NCBI RefSeq assembly: GCF_000315625.1
Contig: NW_005434591.1
Location: 59,895 to 123,894 of the forward strand
Direction: 5' to 3'
Length of the DNA stretch: 64,000 nt
Source: Guillardia theta CCMP2712
Taxonomy: Eukaryota > Protista > Cryptophyta
Shown: piece by piece, positions 47,246 to 59,574 of the stretch
How positions within the stretch are numbered: position 1 is the stretch's first letter
Layout: every line of letters begins with the position of its first letter
Position numbers and translations under genes: made by a program
Notes under the pieces: generated by a model
Database searches by the model: none
The model's input: the letters and a program-made list of their open reading frames with translations, nothing else
What the model was told of the DNA's origin: nothing

Positions 47246-49794
47246 CAGAGAGGGAGAGAGGCAGAAAGGCAGAGAGGCAGAGAGGGAAGGAGGGAACGAG
47301 GGAAGGGGGGTGTAGAGTCATGGAGGGAGCAGGATGGAAGTTGGTGTGTGAGGAATGGGGTGGGAGGAAGAGGATTCTTGAATACTTCGGTGTAACTGGC
47401 TTGAAACAGAATCTTCATCTTGTCGAGAATCTCTGCAATGAAACAAATTAGATAAAACAGCGAAGGAACAGAAAGGAAAAGACAACACAGCACAGTTCTG
47501 CACAGAACAGAACAAAACAGCTCATCACATCACATCACATCACATCACATCACATCACATCACATCACATCACATCACATCACATCACATCACATCACAT
47601 CACATCACATCACATCACATCACATCACATCACATCACATCATATCATATCACATCACATCACATCACATCACATCACAAGAAGACAATCCAGTGCCCAC
47701 CAGCATCGTCTGCAACTCTTCTCGTCGGTTTTGGTACTCTCTCCTGCTGCTGCTCCTTGACTGGAACTGTAAACCTCGCGATCCGTTCCTTGCCCTTGTC
47801 CCCCCCGTCCGTTCCTTTGTCTACCTTCTCCTCCTTGGCCTTGGCCTTTTCGTTCATCTTTGCAAAGGGACGAAAATCTTCCTGTCTCCCCCTGGTTTTC
47901 TCCTCCTCGCCCTTGCTGTTCTGCTTCCCTCCCTCTGTTTCGCCTCTCAACAAGGATAAAGTTTGCCTCGCCGTCGGCCTGTCCTCGGGTCTGCAAGACA
48001 GCATGCGAGCCGCGATCTGCGGCAACCGAATCATGAAAACTGCCGTCGGCAGAGGAGGGGGAGGGGAGGGGGAAGGGGGAGATTGAGGAGGGAGAGGGAA
48101 AAGGGAAGGGTGCAAGAGAAGCAGAAAAAGAACAGAAGAAGAGGATGTGCGCGAGGAAGCGATAGAGACATGTGAGGACGAGGAGAACGAGGAGGACGAG
48201 GAGGAGGAAGAGGACGAGGAGAACGAGCAGGACGAGGAGGAGGACGAGGAGGACGAGGAGGACGAGGAGGACGAGGAAGAGGACGAGGAGGACGAGGAGG
48301 ATGAGGAGGAGGGAGAGGACAAGGAGGTTTGAGGGAGAAAGATGAGCAAAAGACTGCAAGATCCTTCAAGACTCATCAGACGACACGGGAAGAGGAGCGA
48401 TACAAGGTTATGAACAATGAAAGAAAAAGGAGATTGGGACAAGAAAAGAAGGATGGGCAACAACTCAGCAACCTGTCGGTACATCTGCGGGTAGTGGGTG
48501 TGCATATCGTTGGCGGATAGCGGTGTGTTCATAACCTGCCACATGTCTCACAACCCTCAACATGTAACACTTTGAAGAACAAGGCAGAGATCGAATTCTT
48601 GATCAAGTTCGCGCACGAGCCAGTAACAACTCGAGACGACAGCGGTCATCAACATGCAACAAAAAGTGAACATCACGACTACGAACGCTCAAAACACCAA
48701 ACAGGAGGACAAAACAGCAAATTTGCAGCAGAATCAACAGCAGCAACATCCAACAACAGCACTGAATCGATAATAATTAGCACACAACACAAACACAAAC
48801 ACAAACACAAACACAAACACAAACACAAACACAAACACAAACACAAACACAAACACAAACACAAACCTTGATGGCGAGAAGACCTTTAGACTCCCACAGG
48901 AAGTTCAACGACATCATCTCATACAAGATACAACCCAGCCCCCACATATCCGCAGCTTCCCCGTAGTGCTCTGACTTCAACACTTCTGGCTGTAAACCAT
49001 CGTCACTTCTTCACCCCGACATCTCAGAGGCAAGACTGACAGCAGCGTATGACGGGGTGCCAACCATGGACATTCTCGATTGCTCCAACTTTCATCTCCA
49101 TCAGCCAGGTGCAGGACAGGCAGGGAGCAAGCTTCTCACCTGGCGTGCGAGGCCAAAGTCTCCGATCTTCAGCGTGCTGATCTTTGTTATGAAGACGTTG
49201 AGAGGCTTCAGATCCCTGGGAACGACCCGAGGGTATCAACCCATGCGCCCAGAATCTTTCGACGACAGCAAACCTGTGGAGGACCTCGTTGCTGTGAATG
49301 TAAACCAGCGCGTCTGCTAGCTGCAGAAACCAGGAGGAGACTGTAGCTGCGGGGACCAACACCTTGCGAGATCTGACGTCTTGGAGGTAGTGTGCAAGGT
49401 CGCCATTCTACGGGAGGGGGTAAGGCAACAGGCGCTCCACATGGCAGCTTCCCACCTCACACCACTCCATCAGGATGTTCAGGCCCATCCCACTGCCCTT
49501 GTCGTCGGGGAGGTCGCTAAGGAAGAAGTCTTCGATCCTCACGACAGAACCATGGCTCAGCCTCTGCATCATCTTGACCTCCTTGAGGGCTTGGTTACCC
49601 TCCTTGTGGTCCTTACACTTGATCTGGTTAAGTACGATGACGCAGTCAGCCATGAGATCAGATAGAAATTGATACACAGAGATGGTTTCCACCTGTTTGA
49701 TCACAAAGTACTTGTGATCTCTCCTCCTCCGCACGCTGAAAGTCTCCCCCTGCCCTCCCTTGCCAAGAGTCTTCAGAACTTCGAAGTCTTCCAT
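45470..49794 (-). CDS. NEK/NIMA-like Ser/Thr kinase with long C-terminal extension (3' end probably beyond the gap)
   Basis: MEDFEVLKTLGKGGQG, FVIKQ, ALKEVKMMQRLSH, LNILMEWCE/NGDL, WFLQLADALVYIHSNEVLHR/DLKPLNVF, LKIGDFGLAR, VGTPSY, DMWGLGCILYEM, PEDRPTA; downstream exons at 47430-45470. Confidence 0.88.
47524..47678. repeat. (ATCAC)n pentamer microsatellite
   Basis: About 30 units, near-perfect. Confidence 0.95.
48786..48865. repeat. (ACAAAC)n hexamer microsatellite at intron start
   Basis: Direct reading. Confidence 0.95.
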
Positions 49795-50290
49795 CACGCC
49801 TGGTCTTCAATCCTGACAGGTCGGTCTACTCCATCCTGTTCCTCTAGACCTTAGTGTCGAAAGAAGTTGATCAGACGTGCAACAGCTCTCCACCCCCGCC
49901 TCCAAACCCCACCGCTCACTTTTCGTAACCCTTGGCCTGCCTCTTGGCATGCTCCTGCTGAATCTCCTCCTCCTGCCCCTCCTGCTTCTCGCTTCGTCTC
50001 TGCATCGTGTCGATACTTCTCTCCTCTTGAACCTTGCTCCTGATCCTGAGACTCCCTTCCTCCTCTCCCCTTCCCTCCTCCATCGCCTGACCACCCTCGT
50101 ATGCCATATCCGTCTCTGCCTTCAATTTGGGATAGTGGGGCGGGCTCACAATATCAAAATTAAAATAAATTTAGTAAATTTTCAAATTTGAGATGACATA
50201 TTCAAATATTGATCCTAAAAAAGAGATCCTAGTGCGCCTCAGAGCCTTGATGTGCAGTGCGCAGGGACGCATGTGGTGCTGAGAACAGGA

Positions 50291-50324
<34 letters not shown>

Positions 50325-50506
50325 AGGGACGAGGACGAGGTCAAGAATCTTGGAAGCAATCTAGCTGTAAGGAAGCAGAATATCAGGGTTTCGATCTCTG
50401 AGTGACGTCTTCGTTCTGGAGGAACTAAGGGAGGTGATCGTAGGGGGAGTTAGGCATGATCAGACGCAGCAGTGCATGCTAGGAGAGATCCTGCCGCGGA
50501 CACGAC

Positions 50507-51370
50507 ATGCAGAGGATTCAGTTGGGTCTGGTGATACTTGCAGCTATCTCCTGCACTCAGAGCAGCAGCAGCCTCACACATGGGGGAGGGTACAGAGTTC
50601 TCACTAACAGACTGAGAGGCGGGGGCTGGCTGTCCAAGGAATACAACGACTATCTTCAGGAATGCATACGAAATGGCTTCAAGCCGGAAAACACCACAGT
50701 GGAGCAGTACAAGGCCATGGGGATAGAGGGTGCCAGGAAAGACGAGTATGGCAACATCGTCTTTGCTCCGCCTGGTCTTACTCTGGAGGAGGCATACGAA
50801 AAGATCGAGCAGGGTGACAAGTTCATAGCTGGGCTAGGGTGAGAGCCGCTGCAATGGGGGGAAGGAGGAGAGGGGGGAGGAGGCTGACTGTGGTGGTCAG
50901 GCATGAAAAGATCATTGAGATTGTGGAGAACCTGCTCAACACGAACGTGAGGCCGTACAACCGTGATCCCTTCGAGCCGCTGCTGCGGGATGGAGGATTG
51001 GACACACATCCTGAAGACTGGGGTGACTTCAATGAGGTCGATGCTTTCGCACAGAAGCTGCTCGAAGACAACGGCTTCGTCTATGTGCGACCTTCTCCCC
51101 CGCTTGCACCTGAGTTGACCGATATGTTAGGATGCTGACAACGATGACTGGCTGCCTCCAAAGACTGAGCAGGAAGTGCAAGAACAACAAGAGCTTAAGA
51201 GAAAGATTCTTGAGATGCAGGGCCAGGAAGGACCGGCACGGCCGGTAGAGCTTGCTTCTAACGTTCTGTCACGTTCGTTGTTTGTTCTAAGATGTGATGC
51301 GCAGGTAAGGCAGTTGATCGACGATACAGATCCGACAACGACTTATTCAGTAGTTCAACATGAGCGGTGA
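50507..51370 (+). CDS. Hypothetical protein with signal peptide and RLRGG motif
   Basis: MQRIQLGLVILAAISCTQS…NRLRGGGW; spliced exons ending …TTYSVVQHER*. Confidence 0.7.
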
Positions 51371-51497
51371 AGATCAACACCAACAAAAAAAACTGTCTTT
51401 CAAGTACAAATATGTTACAAGGCTTCGAAACAAGCTCGCATGGCGGTTATGGTTTCTGAGGTGCGACAGAATAGAAAACAACCTTGCCTCATCGTTA

Positions 51498-52904
51498 TCA
51501 GACTGGCGGACAAGGAGGAGGAGGAGGAGGAGGAGGAGATGAATGTGAATGACCATTCGCTCCAGCGGTCGCATTCCCTTTCTCCCCATCATGAGGATTG
51601 GGACGAGTCTCCAAGTAGACTTCCTTCCCGTCATCAGGCTCCACCTGAGCTCCGTTCTCTTTGCCATCATCGAGATAGTCTGAGGCGCTGCGGGCACTTG
51701 TATCGATGGGCAGGGCGACTTCGGTCCCGTCTTGGGAACTTTCTTCCCTCTCCTCTCTTGCATCCTGCTTGAAGAGGTCACGAGCAGAGGTCACAGAGTC
51801 ACTCGTTACCTCTCGAGACATCGTCCCGATCTGATAGTTGTTGGTGATCATTTTCATGATACTGTCGGTGGAGGGCGCCAGCATCCAGTCCATCTGTCAA
51901 TACAGTCATGAAGATCAATTAGAGGAGAAGATGAACACATCTCCAGCAAGCAGCAAAAAAGAAGTATACCTTCCAGAGAACAATGCAGAAAACCAGCAAG
52001 ACAATGATCTCGATTCCACCATACGTTAGAGCGACCCTGACAGCAAGATCTCGTCTGTATTGATCCACAAACATGCTCATAGATGCAACAGAGCTGATCG
52101 CCACATTCTGGAAACACACCTTGGAGACAGTTATTGCAACTCAAGAAACCAAACTCAGCCAAGGGCTGATTTGCTCACCTCGATTGCAATCGCGACACAT
52201 GTGTGCCTTGGGATGTTGAAGTATGGAATGGAGGCGATGAACAGGGAGAAAAACAAACCACATAGGATGGGGCCGCATATGCAGATCCAGTACTGCCAAT
52301 GAGGATTGAGGATAGGGGCTTTCGTCTCCACTGTGGTGACAAGAGAAGACCAGAGGATGATCGCAAGGCCGATTAGCGACCCTATCGCCTGACTCCTCTG
52401 CTTGTACAGGGGGTTGTCTCCACTGTAGTAGGCTAACATCAAACCTCCGGTGACTGCTGAGATAACAACACCAATGGTGATAAGTAGGATAGACCAGCTG
52501 ATGTCTACACGCTGATTGAACGCCAGGTAGGTGTACAGCAACAGGTTGAGAGGGAGCATCCCAAGGCTGATGATAGTTGACAATGTAGTCATGGCAACAG
52601 AAAGAGGAAGGTCGGCGTTGAAGATGGCACAAAACCAGTTGGAAAGGCTGCCTCCCGGAGAGCTTGTGAGGATCATGACGGTCAGAGCGACCTCATACTG
52701 AGGTTCGACAGCCTTCACGAAGATGAAGCCGAGCAAGGGCATCAGGAGCCATTGCAGCGACAACCCCAGCGCCAGCTGCGTCTTGTGGATTCGCTTGATG
52801 CTCCTTGCGTTCACGGAGGCTGACATACAGAAGACCAGCCCGAACAGCAGGACATTGCTCACGACCTGCCCAGCTGTCAACGAGAGACCTTCAACGGCAG
52901 ACAT
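51498..52904 (-). CDS. Sodium/bile acid symporter family (SBF/BASS) transporter
   Basis: GLSLQWLLMPLLGF, SSPGGSLSNWFCAIFNADLPLSVAMTTLST, VAIAIE/CFQNVAIS; multiple TM segments. Confidence 0.92.
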
Positions 52905-55203
52905 CAGGGGCCGACCTGAGCTACTCTTTGGTTGACCGCGACCATGGTTGTGCGCACTCACGTTGGCATCATGAAGATAATGGCTGCGTGCTGGCGTGCA
53001 TCTGAACAGCACACGTAAACAAAAGCTGCTCATTAAACATGTCAAAGCTCTATCCAAGCCGACAAAGGTGCCGTCAACACAGCACAGGGCGTGTCTAAAC
53101 TTCTACTGAATTCAATGATGTGTGTGTCAAGACTATCATGACACGCAGCCTCAAGAAACTACTCTTCAGAGAGCTCAACTTCTTGCATCTCTCCTCTTTG
53201 CCATCATTACAGGCACAACCCAAATACGGCAGATCATTTGTCCCAGCACCACCAATCCTCGGGTTACAACAAATTCAATCAGGACCGCTGTGCCGACTAG
53301 CATTCCACTTATCATCGTCTGAAAGCACCTTACTCTCCCACTGATTGACATATGGGAGATGGTTTGAAGCAAATTATGGTTGAAATCCCTTACAATCCCT
53401 TTCCCAGAAATGAATCAGGCAGTCAGTTTTCTTCTCGCCCCCGTCTTGGTTGTTGCAAGGTCCAATCAGCTCAACTGCCGATACATGACTTCTTCTCCTC
53501 GTTCACTCCTTTCTCTCTGTATCTCATCTTTTCATTCCTAGTATTCTCTCAGCTCTCGTCTCCTCCTTTCCCTCTCCTCCTCTACTTCCGCCCTCAATCC
53601 TTCCCTCTATCCTCCTCCATGGCATTCTTTTATCCCTCTCCGAGACTACCCTACCCCCTTCTTGGAAAACTCGACGAAAAAAAATTGAAAGTACCCCACA
53701 ATCAACAACTACTACCCCCTCCTCCATATGTCAGTACCCCCCCTTCTTATAAAAGTAAAAGAGGTCACAGACTCCTACCTGGGGTAGTACCCCTTGTAAC
53801 GACATTACTCTAGTGGGTGGGGATACTCAAGGATAGCATTACCCCACCGTAGCACGTGTACTACCCTACCCCAATCCAGTGCTGCCAACCAACCACCCTC
53901 CCTTAAGTCTTCTTTGGTGATAACACCCGTGGTATGTTCTTTTTACTCGATGACCCTACCCCCCCTCCCCCTACCGGAATCTCCATCTCTTTACTAGCCG
54001 TGGCTGATATAAAATCCGGCGGCTCGGACTCGGAGGCCTGAGGCTTCAGTTATTGGTACTGATTTTAACTTAACTTTGAGTAAACTACCATTCTAGTGTC
54101 AGGCACCGGCGGACGGTAAACGGCGGACCGTCACGCCGCAGTCCCGGGCCCCGGGCCGTTCAACTGAGTGACGGACGGCCGCGCCCCGGCGGCCCGGGTG
54201 AGTGGGCCGAGCTTCGGAAGGCAACGGAAATTGTACAGTCACTAGTACCTACCTTCAAGTTGAGTTAAGACTACTAGGGGCACCAGGTAACTTATCGTTG
54301 ATGAGTAAAACTACACGGTACTGCACTGCATCATTGAATGAATGCTCCAGCCTGGCCCCCCCCCACGGTAACTGAAAGAGAGATGCACTAGTACTGCCTG
54401 CTGCTCTTGTTCTCTCTGCTCCTCCACCGTGACGCGGCTTGCTCCATGTCAGAGTCCTGAGCTGCTCCCTGCAAGCAGTCATAGTACAAATGAGGCAACA
54501 TAATGATTGAATGTGATCTCAAAACCAACGAAACACAATTGTATCATTCAAGAACAACCATTCTATATTCTAAGAGATTGTTAAGGATGTCTTTGGTGAT
54601 GTAATCGATAAGATGTTGTTAGACAATGTTCTTAAGGGTTCATTTCAATTGCTTGATCAAACTCTAAATGATATATCTAATGGCAGCCCCTTTCTATGAT
54701 ATTAAATGCAAAGCCTTTGTGCGGAAAGCCACCTCTGCTTCGGGAGGCCGAGAACCTTAGTTGATGATCCCAGGCCTCATCAGTGGGGTCCTTCTTGTAC
54801 CCTCCTGCTACTTCTGCTCGCTTCTTCCACGCTACTTACAGCGTGCTCGTCTCCTGCCCTCTCCTTCTCCCTCCTATGACTGCCTGCTATCTGTTGGTTC
54901 TGATTGAACAGAAACATGTTGGCCTGTGTCAGCCTGATGCATGCTCCTTTGAGTGTGATGGGGATGGTAAGTGAGTATAGCGAGCTCAGATCTAGCTCTT
55001 CTGCTTGTATAGAGCCGTGATTCTGCAAGGGCTGTTGATTCCTTGTTGATCACTTCTGATGTTCAGTGGATGCGATGTGCAGCAACCTTGCAAGTGCTCA
55101 TCAACATTCTGACGGTGTTTTACAGCGCTAAGTTATCAAGAGGTCTTGACGATGTTGATCTGATCTGTTGCCATGGAGGATTCTGAGATAGCAGAGTCGT
55201 ACG

Positions 55204-57183
55204 ATGGTAGCTATCATCGAGTTGCAGATCGATCTCACTGTCTTGGATGTAGACGAGGAGTTTTACGCGGAAGAAGTCCAGGAGGACCAGTGGCTTGGGA
55301 AGGAAACGAGCCCACTTGCATGGGGGGCAGAAGACCTTCAATCCTATATCTTGGACAACTACGGCAAATGGACGACAGCGAGCAAGGTAGAGGGAGGGCG
55401 CGAGCAAGGCAAGGGAGACAAGGCAAGCAGCAGGCCAGAGCATGTCAGTGCGTTGCCTCTCAGAAAGCTTCCCGCGTCCTGCCGCAGCCAGTCGGAGCCC
55501 CTGGCGAGCATCCGCAAGGACTACCTCACCCACGTTTCGGGGCATCGACCCCAGCTGAGCAGGCCGAAGACTGCGAGGAGTCAGCCTCCCCTGTCTGCTC
55601 GCACGCCATCTCAGAGCAGCGCGATGAGTCAGACGATGAGGAGACCGCTGACCGCTAGGACCTTGACGCACCAGACAGTAGCAAGCTCCTCCTCCAAACC
55701 CAGGAAGGTGAACAAGAAGCTTGAATGCGGTCACTTGCTTCCGAACTGCTGGTCTCCTCTGCCTGGCGTGAAGGAGGAGAGAGATATGCTGGGGATCCTG
55801 CGGCAGGCTGAGTCAATGACGGGAATGAAGGTTCCCACAGGGAAGCAAGCGCTTCTGAAGAACCCCGAGCTGCTCCAGGCCTACTCGACCAGCCGCAAGC
55901 AGCTGCAGCTGGCTCCGGCAGATCAGTTGAGTTCCGACAGCAGCGACTCTGAGACAGAGAGCGAGGCTGCCAGCAAGCCATCTGAGCCCGTCGACAACTC
56001 ATCGGGTCAGATCAGAGAGAAAGCGACGGAGAAGCTGCTGGGAATCCACGTGCTCAAGGCAGACCTTGTTTGCAATGAGACGAGGGTGCAGTACTCGAAG
56101 CAATACTTCCAGCGCTACCCCAAGCTGCTGGCTGAAGAAAACCTGGACAAGCGAGTCGGAGTCGTGGTTGGCTGGGACTCCAATGCTCAAACCACCATCG
56201 TGAAGTGGGAGGATGGAACGATCGAGTACTGCTGCACAGGCTTCTCCAAGTTGTTCTTCCTCAAGCTTGCGGAGGAGAAGGAAGAAGAGGAGCAGTCAGA
56301 GGTGGACACGAGTGAGAAGATCGCACACCTGCTGCGCCTGCCGAGGTGGCAGATAGCAGAGCGAGGATCAGACAAGGGGATCGCGCGACTAGTGAAGGAT
56401 GGCCTGCGAGCTCAGAAGGTCCGGGGCATTCAGGATGAGCTGCAGAGGATGAGGCGGGTGCAGAAGCTGGTGCTCAAGGAGAACCCCCGGTCAGAAAAGT
56501 CCTCCAAGTTTCGCTCCAGGCTCCTGAGCACCCAGCAAGACTTCCTGCGCACACTCGACGATCAGTCGGCCATGGGATCCTGGATCGTCGTGAGCGCCAA
56601 CGGCAGCGAAGTGGAGATCCCTCCGTCGAGCTTGACGCCGACGATGATGGCGGCGTTCAGCAGATCAAAGGTCTCTCTTCTAGACGAGGTGCGCAACGTA
56701 GTTCAGAGAGACACCGTACTGGCCAACAGGAGGCAGAAGGCGGAGGAGCAGGGGGAGCAGCTGAAGAAGAAGAGGGGGCGACGGCACCCCCTCGCTGGAG
56801 AAAGCGATCCGATGGACGTGAATCAGATGATCAAGTACAACACGTCAAAGTTCAAAATCCCTCTCAAGTCGCTCATGAAGAGCAGGGTCGAGGACCTGGA
56901 GGTTGTCTTTCACTCCGTCTTCCAGTTCTTTGACTTCACCCGCTCCGGCGCCATCTCCCTCATCGACTTCGAGCGGGCCATGACCATGATCGGAGTCCCC
57001 GGGCTCAAGAACAACTCGCACGTGTGGATGAAGAAGAAGGTGGACCCGAAGCAGCGCGAGATTGACTACGAGACCTTCAAGAGCATGACTGTCAAGCTCA
57101 TAGAAGCCGCCAGAGACGGGAAGCCGATGGCAAAGACGCCGAGCGACGCTGCTGCTAGTCCTGCATGGACGGCGAGGTCATGA
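55204..57183 (+). CDS. 659-aa intronless protein with a central Mib-Herc2/SH3-like segment and C-terminal EF-hand pair
   Basis: Long ORF; RVGVVVGWD…IVKWEDG…YCCTG; FQFFDFTRSGAISLIDFERAM and VDPKQREIDYETF. Confidence 0.75.
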   Translation: MVAIIELQIDLTVLDVDEEFYAEEVQEDQWLGKETSPLAWGAEDLQSYILDNYGKWTTASKVEGGREQGKGDKASSRPEHVSALPLRKLPASCRSQSEPLASIRKDYLTHVSGHRPQLSRPKTARSQPPLSARTPSQSSAMSQTMRRPLTARTLTHQTVASSSSKPRKVNKKLECGHLLPNCWSPLPGVKEERDMLGILRQAESMTGMKVPTGKQALLKNPELLQAYSTSRKQLQLAPADQLSSDSSDSETESEAASKPSEPVDNSSGQIREKATEKLLGIHVLKADLVCNETRVQYSKQYFQRYPKLLAEENLDKRVGVVVGWDSNAQTTIVKWEDGTIEYCCTGFSKLFFLKLAEEKEEEEQSEVDTSEKIAHLLRLPRWQIAERGSDKGIARLVKDGLRAQKVRGIQDELQRMRRVQKLVLKENPRSEKSSKFRSRLLSTQQDFLRTLDDQSAMGSWIVVSANGSEVEIPPSSLTPTMMAAFSRSKVSLLDEVRNVVQRDTVLANRRQKAEEQGEQLKKKRGRRHPLAGESDPMDVNQMIKYNTSKFKIPLKSLMKSRVEDLEVVFHSVFQFFDFTRSGAISLIDFERAMTMIGVPGLKNNSHVWMKKKVDPKQREIDYETFKSMTVKLIEAARDGKPMAKTPSDAAASPAWTARS

Positions 57184-57339
57184 CCGAGGATCGTTGTGCG
57201 CATCGGAAGTTGTACTGGCAGCTTGATGCGGTGCCACTTAGTACAACGATGCCGCTGATGCCTGTCACTTTCAAGTTTGGTGAACGAGGAGTTGTCATCG
57301 CTATCAGAACAGGCTGAACTGACAGTGAAGTCAGCAAGA

Positions 57340-57437
57340 CTCTCAAGTGACGTTACAAACTAATCATGTGTGATCATAAACTCATTGTCTCTCAAGTGAC
57401 GTTACAAACTAATCATGTGTGATCATAAACTCATTGT
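57340..57437. repeat. Perfect 49-bp tandem duplication
   Basis: ctctcaagtgacgttacaaactaatcatgtgtgatcataaactcattgt x2. Confidence 0.95.
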
Positions 57438-58675
57438 CCAGCTGCGGCAGTAACAACTTCTGTGAGTGAACTCAGTGCATCAGCCTACAAGCATGATGAA
57501 GAAGGACGTTGTGCGCAATTACATTACCCATGTTCCAATTACAATGAACTTAGGAACAACGTCGAGATGCACATTACAGACCATCACATGACAGTGTACT
57601 GAATATCGCTAAACTTCAGAGCAACGATGTCCACAACTCGGTTCTTCTCAGAACCGTCGTGATGGCGTCTGACTCGGTTCTATTACGAATCCAGGATGAA
57701 TAGGAAGCTTGCCTTGCTGTACCCCCGGAGAAGGCGGCATCCATTTGTGTTGCCAAATCTTGTTAATCATGCGTCGAGGCGAAGCCGATGATTGATTGAT
57801 TGATTGCCATTCTGCAAGTTTACTTCATGAAATCCGTTCACAATAGGAGTCCTCACCATGAACCCTGACATTCGCATCGCATGTTCGAATTCAAAATGCT
57901 TCCACTGCCTCACCGGCCATGTGACATTCATGAGTTCATGAGCTGCTGAGGCATCAATCCTCTTGTCTCACAATGGGAAGCACGAGACATACAGTGAGGG
58001 GCCACGGGTTGATGCGCACCGAGCATCAGGTCCAAGGTCTCGCGACCTTGGGCGAGATCTTCCGTGGGGACAAGTTGTATCAATCTGCTGGGGATCGGTG
58101 AACCCAACAGCTGCTACCATGGTAGGCATCGGAACCCAAGTTTCCATCACAACGACCACTGAAGATGTGAGTGATATATAACTTACTAACACTGATCATG
58201 GCATAACTTTCAACATTCACTTGATTCTTGCAGCAATGATGAAACAACGCAACCGTTCACTAGGTGCATCGTGAGAGCTCTGTAAGTTGAAGCGTGTAGA
58301 TCTACTTACCTGTTGAGATCTTGACGGGAATCGATCAGTTGCTCAGATTCATTCTGTTTGCACATCTTGGACAACAGTGATGTTGCACATCTTGGACAAC
58401 GGTGATATTTGTATTAGAAACTCTTTCCAAATAAGATGTTGAATCCAGACGGATAGTATGATACACAACGCGCCATTTCCTGGGAAGCCAGTGCCCCCAC
58501 CAACCCAGCGGTAACGATCACTTTAACATTTCTGTATCAAAACCTTGTGAAACCGGCAAAAAAGTTATCAAAGGTTCGTATCCCCAGCCATATCAAGATA
58601 AACCTAACATGACCTGTTCCGACTGCGCGATCAACTCACAGCTTGAGAGCCAACGAGCATCCGGCGGAATCTGAG

Positions 58676-59229
58676 CAGACTAGTCCCGTCAAACAGGCTA
58701 GTCCCGTCACGAGTCAAACAGGCTAGTCCCGTCAAACAGACTAGTCCCGTCAAACAGACTAGTCCCGTCAAACAGACTAGTCCCGTCAAACAGACTAGTC
58801 CCGTCAAACAGGCTAGTCCCGTACGGTCAAACAGACTAGTCCCGTCAAACAGGCTAGTCCCGTCAAACATACTAGTCCCGTCAAACAGACTAGTCCCGTC
58901 ATACAGGCTAGTCCCGTCAAACAGACTAGTCCCGTCAAACAGACTAGTCCCGTCACGGTCAAACAGGCTAGTCCCGTCAAACAGACTAGTCCCGTCAAAC
59001 AGACTAGTCCCGTCAAACAGACCAGTCCCGTCAAACATACTAGTCCCGTCAAACAGACTAGTCCCGTCAAACAGACCGTCGGACCGTACTAGTCCCGTCA
59101 AACAGACCAGTCCCGTCAAACAGACTAGTCCCGTCAAACAGACTAGTCCCGTCAAACAGACTAGTCCCGTCAAACAGACTAGTCCCGTCAAACAGACTAG
59201 TCCCGTCAAACAGACTAGTCCCGTCAAAC
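58676..59229. repeat. 18-bp minisatellite array (cagactagtcccgtcaaa), about 30 units
   Basis: Head-to-tail units with few variants and four short interruptions. Confidence 0.97.
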
Positions 59230-59442
59230 TGCTACTAGGCCGACGGTAGTCACTCGCCTAGTATTACCGTCACTCACGGCTCCGCTGCCTCGGGTCGGCC
59301 CATGATTTGCCGGGCTGACTCTGAATTTTGTGGTGACTCAAATTGGAAAGAAAGATGGGGGATGAGGGGCACAAATAAGCAAGGGCATGCAAGCAGTTTG
59401 GCATGAGGCAGCGACAAGAAGCGAGGGACGAGAGGATGAAGA

Positions 59443-59535
59443 TCTGAATCGCAAGCAACTCCTCCTCGAGCCTTCTGAATCGCAAGCGTCTCCTCCTCGA
59501 GCCTTCTGAATCGCAAGCGTCTCCTCCTCGAGCCT
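59443..59535. repeat. 31-bp tandem repeat x3
   Basis: tctgaatcgcaagcgtctcctcctcgagcct; copies 2 and 3 identical. Confidence 0.95.
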
Positions 59536-59574
59536 TCAACCCGACTCTGACGTCCCCTTCTCCTGCTTCTCGTG

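Noticed and set aside
54720-54780. Small structured RNA (cUUCGg loop, UGAUGA box)
   Set aside because: Stem is short and imperfect, with no matching box D or tRNA/snRNA features
57155-58330. Possible spliced minus-strand gene
   Set aside because: Some short open stretches, but no consistent exon chain or recognisable motif could be built
58631-59227. ORFs encoding (LTGLVC)n/(FDGTSL)n repeat protein
   Set aside because: Open frames follow trivially from an 18-bp unit; insertions switch frames; no ATG or unique flanking coding sequence
58676-59229. CRISPR array
   Set aside because: Units are contiguous with no unique spacers, there are no cas genes, and the context is eukaryotic
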